Source of the DNA: Candidatus Nanopusillus sp.
GTDB lineage: Archaea > Nanobdellota > Nanobdellia > Nanobdellales > Nanobdellaceae
Length of the DNA: 32,000 nucleotides
Assembly (NCBI GenBank): GCA_028275885.1
Contig: JAPWTW010000004.1
Location: 46,992-78,991 of the forward strand
Direction: 5' to 3'
Shown: positions 16,529 to 23,863 of the stretch, piece after piece
How the letters are laid out: each line of letters starts with the position of its first letter
Position numbering within the stretch: the first letter of the stretch is position 1
The notes under the pieces: generated by a model
Told to the model about the DNA's origin: nothing
Databases searched by the model: none
Seen by the model: the letters and a program-made list of their open reading frames with translations, nothing else
Translations under genes and position numbers: made by a program

Positions 16529-16581
16529 TAATGATGTAGTTGGCTTGAAACTGAAAAATGATGAATACGGCTACGCTGATA
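16529..16581 (+). ncRNA. C/D-box sRNA (2'-O-methylation guide) with a complete C, D', C', D box set.
   Basis: C box ATGATGT is at 16531-16537, followed by a 13-nt guide. D' box CTGA is at 16551-16554, followed by a 3-nt spacer. C' box ATGATGA is at 16558-16564, followed by an 11-nt guide. D box CTGA is at 16576-16579. Box order and spacing match archaeal C/D sRNAs. The locus is intergenic and the boxes read only on the + strand. Confidence 0.7.
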
Positions 16582-16588
16582 AAAATAT

Positions 16589-17215
16589 TTATAATATATT
16601 TTTTATAATATCTTTGGCTTTAGAAGCATATTTTTTATATTTTTTCGAATATTCATCAAATATATTGTAAAATAAGTCTTCATCATAGCTATATTTTTTC
16701 ATCAAATAAGCTAATATTTTTATATCATTCCAGTCCTTTTCTTCCTTTCTATTTAAATAGGTAAATATTTTATCTACTAATAGATATTCCATTTTAGCAA
16801 CATATAATTTTATTTTCTTTTTGTTCAAATTTAATTCTATTTCATTATATGGTACTTCTTTATCTTTAAATAATATACTTATGCTAGGGCCATATTTATA
16901 TTCAATTTTAATTCCATCATATCCAAATATTATTCTTTCCTTAATTGATAAATTTGATAATTTTCTATATATTATTTCTTTTGCATTTACTTTTTTATTT
17001 TTATTTATTATAAAATCTATATCATTTGTACTTCTATATTTCTCATGAGTATAATAATATATATATGCAGCTACAGCCATTCCACCTATTAATACTGGTT
17101 TTACTTTATCATTATCACTAAATATTTTTAATATACTTTCAAGATTTTTTATTGTAGGCTTATCAGTTAATTTATAACCTTCCTGTGATATATTGTTTGA
17201 TATTACACGTGGCAT
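16589..17215 (-). CDS. Nucleotidyltransferase, AbiEii/DUF1814-like (type IV toxin-like). No adjacent antitoxin gene.
   Basis: 208 aa. LIGGMAVAAY...RSTNDIDFII is a GG...D-x-D NTase motif. A later LLVDKIFTYLNRKEEKDWNDIKIL resembles the conserved AbiEii helix (K..A...R...D..D). This is a motif-level call only. Confidence 0.4.
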   Translation of the reverse strand: MPRVISNNISQEGYKLTDKPTIKNLESILKIFSDNDKVKPVLIGGMAVAAYIYYYTHEKYRSTNDIDFIINKNKKVNAKEIIYRKLSNLSIKERIIFGYDGIKIEYKYGPSISILFKDKEVPYNEIELNLNKKKIKLYVAKMEYLLVDKIFTYLNRKEEKDWNDIKILAYLMKKYSYDEDLFYNIFDEYSKKYKKYASKAKDIIKNIL

Positions 17216-17310
17216 ATATAAAGATAAGTATAGAAATATTTATAAATATTACTATTAAAATATCTACTAAAAAATAACTACTAGGCATTAAATTCAAAAA
17301 AGTGAATTTT

Positions 17311-18174
17311 CTAATCTTTAATATTTAGTTTTTCTTTTAATGTTATGGATCTTCTGTTTGTAATTCTTAATAAATCTTTTATTGTATCTTTTGTTGGTAT
17401 TCCAATATTTAGTGATAATTTTACTAAGTTTTGGTATGCTTTTGCTAATAATATTTTTATATTTTCTTTTGTTGGGAATGCAATCTCTAATGTTAATGAT
17501 ATGGCTTTTCTAAATCCAGATCTTAATTGATTTATGTATTCTTCTAAAGGCGTTGATAATATATCATATGTATATAATGTTTTCCTATCATATACTACTA
17601 ATAATTTTATTTTTACAGGTATTGGAGCTATATTAAATTTCTGTAATAATGATACTAATTCATTATCAACCTTTTGGCCTTTCTTTGCTACTAATGAATC
17701 TTCAATTATAACAATTTTTCCATTTTCAACCTTTGTTTTTATATTATATTTCTTTAATTCAGTTAATACAGGACCTGGTGTTAAATTTGTAGGCCCAGCT
17801 CTTATTATTATATCTTCCTCTAATATATCTCCTTCCTTGGCAGATCTATAACTTTTATTTTCTTCTAATATCTTGTTTAATAAAAACGGATTTATATCAT
17901 CTTTTGGTAATATTAATAAAACTGTAATTCTTTTATTTTCTTCAATTATATCTATCATCTTTTTAATATTTGGATCATTAAATTTTTCTAAAGCTTTAAT
18001 AAAAAGATTCTTTTTAACAACTTTTACATTAATATTCATTTCCTTTAACTTTTTTCTAATTACTTGTAAAGAATTTGATGGAATATCCATTACATTTGCT
18101 ATTCCAATTATCTTAGAATTAGATAATTTAGAATATAGATCATTTACATATAATATTTTTTGTTGGGATACCAT
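17311..18174 (-). CDS. rplP0: Ribosomal stalk protein uL10 (P0), C-terminally short.
   Basis: 287 aa. The N-terminal region matches L10/P0 (VNDLYSKLSNSKIIGIANVMDIPSNSLQVIRKKL). Spine-helix repeats are present (FPTKENIKILLAKAYQNLVKLSLNIGIPTKDTIKDLL). There is no acidic/hydrophobic C-terminal tail. Confidence 0.88.
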   Translation of the reverse strand: MVSQQKILYVNDLYSKLSNSKIIGIANVMDIPSNSLQVIRKKLKEMNINVKVVKKNLFIKALEKFNDPNIKKMIDIIEENKRITVLLILPKDDINPFLLNKILEENKSYRSAKEGDILEEDIIIRAGPTNLTPGPVLTELKKYNIKTKVENGKIVIIEDSLVAKKGQKVDNELVSLLQKFNIAPIPVKIKLLVVYDRKTLYTYDILSTPLEEYINQLRSGFRKAISLTLEIAFPTKENIKILLAKAYQNLVKLSLNIGIPTKDTIKDLLRITNRRSITLKEKLNIKD

Positions 18175-18175
18175 T

Positions 18176-18829
18176 TTACATTATTCTTATAGAATCACTC
18201 ATTGTTAGCTTTATATAAACACTCTTTATGCTATTTTTATTTCCAGGAATCCTATTAATAAAATATTCTAATACATGATTTGCATTTTCTAATATATCTT
18301 CATATTTCATATCTTCAGTTCCAATTGGAATACCAATTGTTTTATGATTTTTTACAACAATTCTAACCATATTTTGTAATTTATTATAAATTGATCTTAA
18401 GAAATCCTGATTTGCATTATCTGGAAATATCATCCCATATTTTGGATTTGGCATTTTATTTTTTGTGGATAAATATTTACCCAAATATCTTCCTACATCT
18501 GACATAGTTGAAGCTTGTGCTACAAAAATATAATATTTTCTAACTAATTTTTTTGCTTCCCTCTTATTTTCAGCTATTTCTTTTATCTTATCTTTAACTA
18601 ATACAAAATCAAATATTTCTTTTGCTGGTTTTTCTAATTCAGGTCCAACAATTGCAGCAATTTTTATTTTCTTTCCTCTACCTTTAGGCAACTCAACATA
18701 TTCTGTAAATCTATTTTCACTTTTATTTAAATCATATTCTTTCTTTAAATTAATTATTAGCTCTACTGTCTGTTTAAATCTTCTCCTTTTTGATTTTTCT
18801 ATTAATGATTGTATAGTTTGAACATCCAT
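18176..18829 (-). CDS. rpl1: Ribosomal protein uL1.
   Basis: 217 aa with the pattern RRFKQTVELIINLK...D...LP.GRGK..KIAAI...GKYL. It lies adjacent to P0 with a 1-nt gap. Confidence 0.9.
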   Translation of the reverse strand: MDVQTIQSLIEKSKRRRFKQTVELIINLKKEYDLNKSENRFTEYVELPKGRGKKIKIAAIVGPELEKPAKEIFDFVLVKDKIKEIAENKREAKKLVRKYYIFVAQASTMSDVGRYLGKYLSTKNKMPNPKYGMIFPDNANQDFLRSIYNKLQNMVRIVVKNHKTIGIPIGTEDMKYEDILENANHVLEYFINRIPGNKNSIKSVYIKLTMSDSIRIM

Positions 18830-18860
18830 AGAAAAAAGAAATATGGAATATATTTAAAAA

Positions 18861-19013
18861 TTATCTTTTAACAAATAGCTCTATTATATCCTTTATTGAT
18901 TTTTTAGATAAGAAATATTTTCTTATATAATGTCTTATAATTATAAAAATTACAATAATTGATATAATTATTCCAGATATTAAACCAATTAAAAAACTTA
19001 AAATATCAAACAT
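18861..19013 (-). CDS. Candidate 50-aa single-TM small protein, below the cutoff of the supplied ORF track.
   Basis: My own translation gives MFDILSFLIGLISGIIISIIVIFIIIRHYIRKYFLSKKSIKDIIELFVKR*. The ATG starts 1 nt after the uL11 stop codon (TAA-T-ATG), consistent with translational coupling. It has a hydrophobic helix followed by a basic tail. Confidence 0.35.
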   Translation of the reverse strand: MFDILSFLIGLISGIIISIIVIFIIIRHYIRKYFLSKKSIKDIIELFVKR

Positions 19014-19014
19014 A

Positions 19015-19494
19015 TTATTTTAATAACTCATCATATAATCCTTGATCTACTTCCTTTATTAACTCTTTTGGATTTCTATTATTTACTGTTAATCCTAGAG
19101 ATAATGCTGTTCCTAAAATCATTTTTACTGCAGATTTTAAATTATTAGTATTTAAATCTTTAATCTTCATTTTTGCAATTTTTATTATTTGTTCCATTGT
19201 AATGTTTCCAACTATTTCGTCTGGTTTTGTCCTTTTTGCAATTTCTATATTTGCTTCTTTTTTTAATAATGATGATGTTGGTGGTAATCCTACTTCTATT
19301 TCATATTTTCTTGTTTCTGTATCTACTATTATTTTTACGGGTACTTGCAAACCTTTGAATTCTTTTGTAGCTTCATTTATTTTATTTATTACTTCTCCAA
19401 CGTTCAATTTTAGTTGACTTAATTTTGGTCCTACATTTGGTCCTGGTTTAGCATTTCCACCTTCTACTAATAATTCTATAACTTCCTTGCCCAT
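19015..19494 (-). CDS. rpl11: Ribosomal protein uL11.
   Basis: 159 aa. The pattern VEGGNAKPGPNVGPKLSQLKLNVGEVINKINEATKEFKGLQVPVKIIVD follows L11. Confidence 0.93.
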   Translation of the reverse strand: MGKEVIELLVEGGNAKPGPNVGPKLSQLKLNVGEVINKINEATKEFKGLQVPVKIIVDTETRKYEIEVGLPPTSSLLKKEANIEIAKRTKPDEIVGNITMEQIIKIAKMKIKDLNTNNLKSAVKMILGTALSLGLTVNNRNPKELIKEVDQGLYDELLK

Positions 19495-19506
19495 ATAGAT
19501 TTGTTT

Positions 19507-19524
19507 TTTAAAATATATTTTAAA
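19507..19524. promoter_or_regulatory. Perfect 18-nt palindrome carrying two back-to-back TATA-like boxes. Candidate bidirectional promoter for uL11 (-) and secE (+).
   Basis: TTTAAAATATATTTTAAA equals its own reverse complement. It sits in the 40-nt gap between divergent start codons. The left half is centred about 24 nt from the secE ATG (19535). The right half is centred about 26 nt from the uL11 ATG (19494). Confidence 0.4.
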
Positions 19525-19534
19525 GATTATATAG

Positions 19535-19720
19535 ATGGGAATAATTGATAGTATAAAAGAAATGAAGGAGATATATGAAACAGCTAATAAACCTACCTGG
19601 GATGAAGTAAAGAAATTAGTTTATGTTACATTATTATTCTTTGCATTAGTTGCAGCTATTGTATTGCCTATATTTATAAGTTTACAGTATAGTATAATGA
19701 TATGCCAATATATGCCGTAG
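19535..19720 (+). CDS. secE: Protein translocase subunit SecE/Sec61-gamma.
   Basis: 61 aa. It has an amphipathic N-terminus and a single C-terminal TM helix (LVYVTLLFFALVAAIVLPIFI). It occupies the canonical position directly upstream of spt5/nusG. Confidence 0.75.
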   Translation: MGIIDSIKEMKEIYETANKPTWDEVKKLVYVTLLFFALVAAIVLPIFISLQYSIMICQYMP

Positions 19721-20139
19721 TTGTAACATCTGGAAGAGAAGAACTTGTAGCAGATATTTTAGCAAATGAGGGAAAAAATGGAAAGTATGCTATATATTCT
19801 GTAATGCAAATACCTGGTGTAAAAGGATATTTATTTGTTGAAACAACAAATTCTTTAGAATTACAAAGGGCTGTTTTAGGAATAAGGCATGTTAGAAGAG
19901 TTATACCTCAGGAAATTCCAATAGAAGATTTATTGAAATACTTTGAAGAAGAAAAAGTTAAATATGATATAAACGATATAGTAGAAGTATTATCTGGAGC
20001 ATTTAAAGGAACTAGAGGGAAAATAATAAACATAGATGAAAAGAAAAAGGAAGTAACAATAGAATTAATTGATGTTCCAGTTCCTTTGCAATTAAATGTA
20101 CCTATAAATAGTTTAAAATTAATAGAAAAATCTAAATAA
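19702..20139 (+). CDS. spt5: Transcription elongation factor Spt5 (NusG).
   Basis: 145 aa. The NGN domain reads IYAVVVTSGREELVADIL...GYLFVE. The KOW motif reads DIVEVLSGAFKGTRGKIINIDEKKKEVTIEL. Confidence 0.9.
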   Translation: MPIYAVVVTSGREELVADILANEGKNGKYAIYSVMQIPGVKGYLFVETTNSLELQRAVLGIRHVRRVIPQEIPIEDLLKYFEEEKVKYDINDIVEVLSGAFKGTRGKIINIDEKKKEVTIELIDVPVPLQLNVPINSLKLIEKSK

Positions 20140-21205
20140 CTTCAATTCCAAGATCGCTTTCTAGCTTTTTCTGTTCCTCAGGTCTTAATTCTTTTTCTCC
20201 AGATTTTATTCCTAATATGAATGATGGAGGAGCTTTTAATTTTGTAATTGTTAATGATACCCTTATATAGTTCTTTTTGTCTTCTTCAAATGTAATACCT
20301 TGTATTATTTTTGCTTTTGGATCTAATACAGATTTTATTGTATCTAATATTTTATTTATATCTGTAGGTGTTACATCTGGTGATGCAACAATTCTTACTA
20401 ATGCAGCCTTAGCTCCTGTAGCATCAACATCAACTAATGGATTATTTAATGCTCTTTGAACAGCTTCTGCAGCTTTATTTTCTGAATTTGATTCTCCAGT
20501 TCCAAATACACCATATCCAGAGCCAACTACAATTGATCTAAAGTCTGCAAAATCTACATTTATATATCCTGGTTTTGTTAATAGTTCTGTTAGATCCTTT
20601 AATGCATTTGCTAATAATGAATCTGCAACTTTAAATGCTTGAATTAATGGAATATTTGGATATAAACTTTGTAATTTATCATTTGGAATAATAACTAATA
20701 GATCAACATTATTTTCTAACTTTTCTAAAGAATATAAAGCATTATCCCATATATTTGCACCCTCTACAGAGAAGGGCCATGTACATATAGCAATTACTAA
20801 TATTCCCATCTTTTTTGCAATTTCAGCAATAATTGGAGCTACACCACCACCAGTTCCACCACCAAGACCACAAGTTATGAATATAATATCAGCACCTTCT
20901 ATTGCTTTTTTTAATTCTTGTTCAGATTCCTTTGCAGCTTCTTCTCCAACTTTAGGATCTTTTCCTGCACCCAAACCTCTTGTTAACTGTTTTCCTACCA
21001 ATATTTTTTTATGCGCCTTTGTTATTAACAAATGTCTAACATCAGTATTTACTGCTATTAATTCTGGACCTTCAATTCCCATACTATATAATGTAGAAAT
21101 TGTATTACTTCCACCACCACCACATCCAATAACTTTTATCCTCTTTGTTGCCTGTGCTAGATATTCTTCTAACTCTTTATCAAAAATTTCCGCATTATTA
21201 TCCAT
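20132..21205 (-). CDS. ftsZ: Cell division protein FtsZ.
   Basis: 357 aa with IKVIGCGGGGSNTI, NTDVRHL, GLGAGKDPKVGEEAA and the tubulin signature GLGGGTGGGVAP. Confidence 0.96.
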   Translation of the reverse strand: MDNNAEIFDKELEEYLAQATKRIKVIGCGGGGSNTISTLYSMGIEGPELIAVNTDVRHLLITKAHKKILVGKQLTRGLGAGKDPKVGEEAAKESEQELKKAIEGADIIFITCGLGGGTGGGVAPIIAEIAKKMGILVIAICTWPFSVEGANIWDNALYSLEKLENNVDLLVIIPNDKLQSLYPNIPLIQAFKVADSLLANALKDLTELLTKPGYINVDFADFRSIVVGSGYGVFGTGESNSENKAAEAVQRALNNPLVDVDATGAKAALVRIVASPDVTPTDINKILDTIKSVLDPKAKIIQGITFEEDKKNYIRVSLTITKLKAPPSFILGIKSGEKELRPEEQKKLESDLGIEVI

Positions 21206-21300
21206 TAAATTTTTTTGAAAATAAAATTAATAAAACTATCTTTTTTAGATAATCAAAAACTTTAAATAATTTATATAAACTTTATTTAGATTTTTCATCA

Positions 21301-21879
21301 ATGATAAAGTGGGTTGAGATTGAATATTCAATATATGATCAAGATAATAGATTATTGGAAAAAACAAATGAGCCAGTAATAATACCTTTAGGATATAATA
21401 TATTGAATAAAGAAATTGAAGAGAAATTAGTTAATGCAGAATATGGGAAAGAATATAACTTTTTATTAAAAAGACCCTTTGGAGAAAGAGATCCAAGTTT
21501 AATTAAAATAATACCTACAAGTGAATTTTATAAAAGAAATATAAATCCAATACCAAATTTGGTTGTAAATGTAGATAATATGATTGGCATTATAAGATCT
21601 GTAAATAGTGGAAGGGTTGTTATAGATTTTAATCATCCATATGCAGGTAAAGATCTATTATATGTAATAAAGCTAAATAGAGAAGTTACAGATTTAAAAG
21701 AAAAAATTATGGGGATTTTAAGTATAACATATAATATTTCTAAAATGAATATTGATGTAAATATTGATGAAAATAATAAGAAAATATCAATAAATGTTAA
21801 GGATTCAGATTTGACTAAAGAACAGAAAGAAATCATAAAAAATTTTATACCAGAAGTAAAAGATTACAATATAGAATAA
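21301..21879 (+). CDS. FKBP-type peptidyl-prolyl cis-trans isomerase (archaeal SlyD-like, with IF insert and a C-terminal extension).
   Basis: 192 aa. The pattern VEIEY...FGERDPSLIKIIP..F...VIDFNHPYAGKDLLYVIKL follows the archaeal FKBP pattern (DFNH.LAGK.L.F). Confidence 0.85.
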   Translation: MIKWVEIEYSIYDQDNRLLEKTNEPVIIPLGYNILNKEIEEKLVNAEYGKEYNFLLKRPFGERDPSLIKIIPTSEFYKRNINPIPNLVVNVDNMIGIIRSVNSGRVVIDFNHPYAGKDLLYVIKLNREVTDLKEKIMGILSITYNISKMNIDVNIDENNKKISINVKDSDLTKEQKEIIKNFIPEVKDYNIE

Positions 21880-21912
21880 TTTATAATTTATTTTTATCAT
21901 AAAAATTATATT

Positions 21913-21985
21913 GGGCCCGTAGCTTAGTTGGTAAAGCGTCGGGCTCTTAACCCGAAGATCGGGGGTTCGAATCCCCCCGGGCCCG
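21913..21985 (+). tRNA. tRNA-Lys (anticodon CUU). No intron and no encoded CCA.
   Basis: A manual cloverleaf fits the sequence. The acceptor pairs GGGCCCG with CGGGCCC. The D arm is GCTT/AAGC. The anticodon stem pairs TCGGG with CCCGA, with loop CT-CTT-AA. The variable loop is 5 nt. The T arm pairs GGGGG with CCCCC, with loop TTCGAAT. The discriminator is G. A T5 run follows at 21991-21995. Confidence 0.97.
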
Positions 21986-22020
21986 GGTTCTTTTTATACA
22001 TAATCATAAAATAATATTTT

Positions 22021-22752
22021 ATGATAAAAGTAGGAACCTGCGGATTTCCTATATCAAGAAAAAAATATTATGAAGAATTTAATGTAATAGAAATAAATAG
22101 TACATTTTATTCAATACCTGATATTGAATGGGTGAAAAAAATAAGAGATGAAGCACCTAAAAATTTTGAATTTACATTTAAAGCATTTCAAGGTATTACA
22201 CATGATGTAAATTCTTTTACATGGAAAAGATCAAAAATAAAAAATTATAAAGAATTAAAGGGAAAAGTTGGATATTTAAGAAATACAAAAGAAGTATTTG
22301 AATTTTGGGAAAAACAAGAAGAAATTGCAAATATATTAAGGGCAAATATAATTGTTATTCAATTACCAAATTCATTTAAAGATAAAAAAGAAAATATTGA
22401 AAATGCATATAATTTCTTTAATTCAATTGGTAAAAAATATAAAATAGCAATAGAACTAAGGGGGTGGAGTAAAGAAAATAGGGAAAAGATATGTAAAGAA
22501 TTTGATTTAATAGATATTGTAGATATAAATGTTGAAGATCCAGTATATGATTCTGATATAAAATATTATAGATTACATGGATTACATGAAGGAAATAGGT
22601 TAATATATAGTTATGATTATTCAAAAGAAGAATTGAATAAAATAAAGGAAAAAGTATTAAAATATAATAAAAAAGATAGTTATGTAATGTTTAATAATTC
22701 AATGATGTATGAAAATGCAAAGGAATTTATGGAATTAATAAAAAATGTATAA
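22021..22752 (+). CDS. DUF72 (UPF0759) family protein.
   Basis: 243 aa. The pattern KVGTCGF...YYEEFNVIEINSTFYSIP......P.NFEFTFKA.QGITH is typical of DUF72. Confidence 0.75.
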   Translation: MIKVGTCGFPISRKKYYEEFNVIEINSTFYSIPDIEWVKKIRDEAPKNFEFTFKAFQGITHDVNSFTWKRSKIKNYKELKGKVGYLRNTKEVFEFWEKQEEIANILRANIIVIQLPNSFKDKKENIENAYNFFNSIGKKYKIAIELRGWSKENREKICKEFDLIDIVDINVEDPVYDSDIKYYRLHGLHEGNRLIYSYDYSKEELNKIKEKVLKYNKKDSYVMFNNSMMYENAKEFMELIKNV

Positions 22753-23509
22753 TTATTTATTAAGAATAAAATATAATGGAGAGAGTTATCATGGAATTGC
22801 ATATCAAAAAAATGTAAAAACAATTTCAGGGGAGATTTTAAATTATTTTAATATAAAAGAATTTAAATTATCAATTGTTTCAAGAACTGATAAGGGAGTA
22901 AGTGCGGAAGAGAATTATATTGTTATATCTTCAGATAGAAATATTGATTTTTCAAATTTTCGAAATAATGATATAAAAATATTGAATGTATATAAATTAA
23001 AAGAATTTATTAATATTAGGAAATTTTCTAGAGGTAAATTATATGAGTATAAATTACCAAAAAAATTATTTGAGAAAAAATATATGCCAAAATATTTAAT
23101 AAATAATGAAAAAATATTAATAAAATCTGAAGAAAAAGAATTTGATATAAATAAATATATAGAAGCATCAAAGCATTTTATAGGTATAAAAAGTTTTCAT
23201 AATTTTGCAAAAGGTAAAGTAAGAGATCCTATATGTAATATAACAAAATTTGAAGTAATTGAAGATAATGACTTTTATATAAATTATATTGAAGGAAATA
23301 AATTTCTATATGAAATGATAAGAAGAATTGTTACATTTTTAATTTCTGTAGGTTATAATTTGTTTCCTTTGGATTTGATTGAAAAAGTTTTTATATATAA
23401 TCTAGAACCAAAACCCTTTCCTTCAGATCCAAAATATTTAACATTAAAAAAGGTTTACTTAGATTGGAAAGAACTATATAAATATATTGAAGATGTTATT
23501 GAAATATAA
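22745..23509 (+). CDS. truA: tRNA pseudouridine synthase A (TruA/Pus1-like).
   Basis: 254 aa with YNGESYHGIAYQ and the catalytic-Asp motif SRTDKGVSA. Confidence 0.75.
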   Translation: MYNYLLRIKYNGESYHGIAYQKNVKTISGEILNYFNIKEFKLSIVSRTDKGVSAEENYIVISSDRNIDFSNFRNNDIKILNVYKLKEFINIRKFSRGKLYEYKLPKKLFEKKYMPKYLINNEKILIKSEEKEFDINKYIEASKHFIGIKSFHNFAKGKVRDPICNITKFEVIEDNDFYINYIEGNKFLYEMIRRIVTFLISVGYNLFPLDLIEKVFIYNLEPKPFPSDPKYLTLKKVYLDWKELYKYIEDVIEI

Positions 23510-23539
23510 TATTTTTAACATTTCTATAATAATATTGTT

Positions 23540-23863
23540 ATGATTGTAATATTTCTATCCATAAAATATGGAGATGGAATAAATATTTCTAGAAGAATAT
23601 TGGAAAGAAAATATGCAATATCAATAGATATAAAAAGAGTTGAAACATTATATTTAGAAAAAGATAATATTAAACAAGAAGATAGAGAATTATTAATAAT
23701 AAAGACAAGAGAAGAATTATTTGATAAAATAGAAGAATTAATAAAAGAAATATATAAAAATAATATAATTGAGATATATTCAATAAATGTTGAAGATGCA
23801 AATAAAGATTTTTTAGATTTATTGGAAAAGGAAACATCTATAAAGAAAATAAAAAATGCTTGA
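23540..23863 (+). CDS. Hypothetical small acidic/charged protein.
   Basis: The ORF encodes 107 aa on the same strand as its neighbours and overlaps the map start by 8 nt. I recognise no motif. The N-terminal boundary is uncertain. Confidence 0.4.
   Translation: MIVIFLSIKYGDGINISRRILERKYAISIDIKRVETLYLEKDNIKQEDRELLIIKTREELFDKIEELIKEIYKNNIIEIYSINVEDANKDFLDLLEKETSIKKIKNA

Noticed and set aside
16485-16670. A 61-aa + strand ORF (MHWGYMNQFLQVGKNNDVVGLKLKNDEYGYADKN...).
   Set aside because: Its 5' two-thirds coincide exactly with the hairpin and C/D-box sRNA signals. Its 3' third is antisense to the end of the nucleotidyltransferase gene. An RNA-gene interpretation explains the GC-rich island better.
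17345-18208. Three + strand ORFs (17345..17530, 17534..17851 and 17873..18208) antisense to P0.
   Set aside because: They sit opposite a confident ribosomal protein gene. Their products are Phe/Ile/Ser/Asn-rich low-complexity sequences typical of antisense frames in AT-rich coding DNA.
20132-20139. An 8-nt convergent overlap of the spt5 and ftsZ 3' ends.
   Set aside because: It is real in the sequence but consistent with the general extreme compaction of this genome. It is not evidence of a specific regulatory mechanism.
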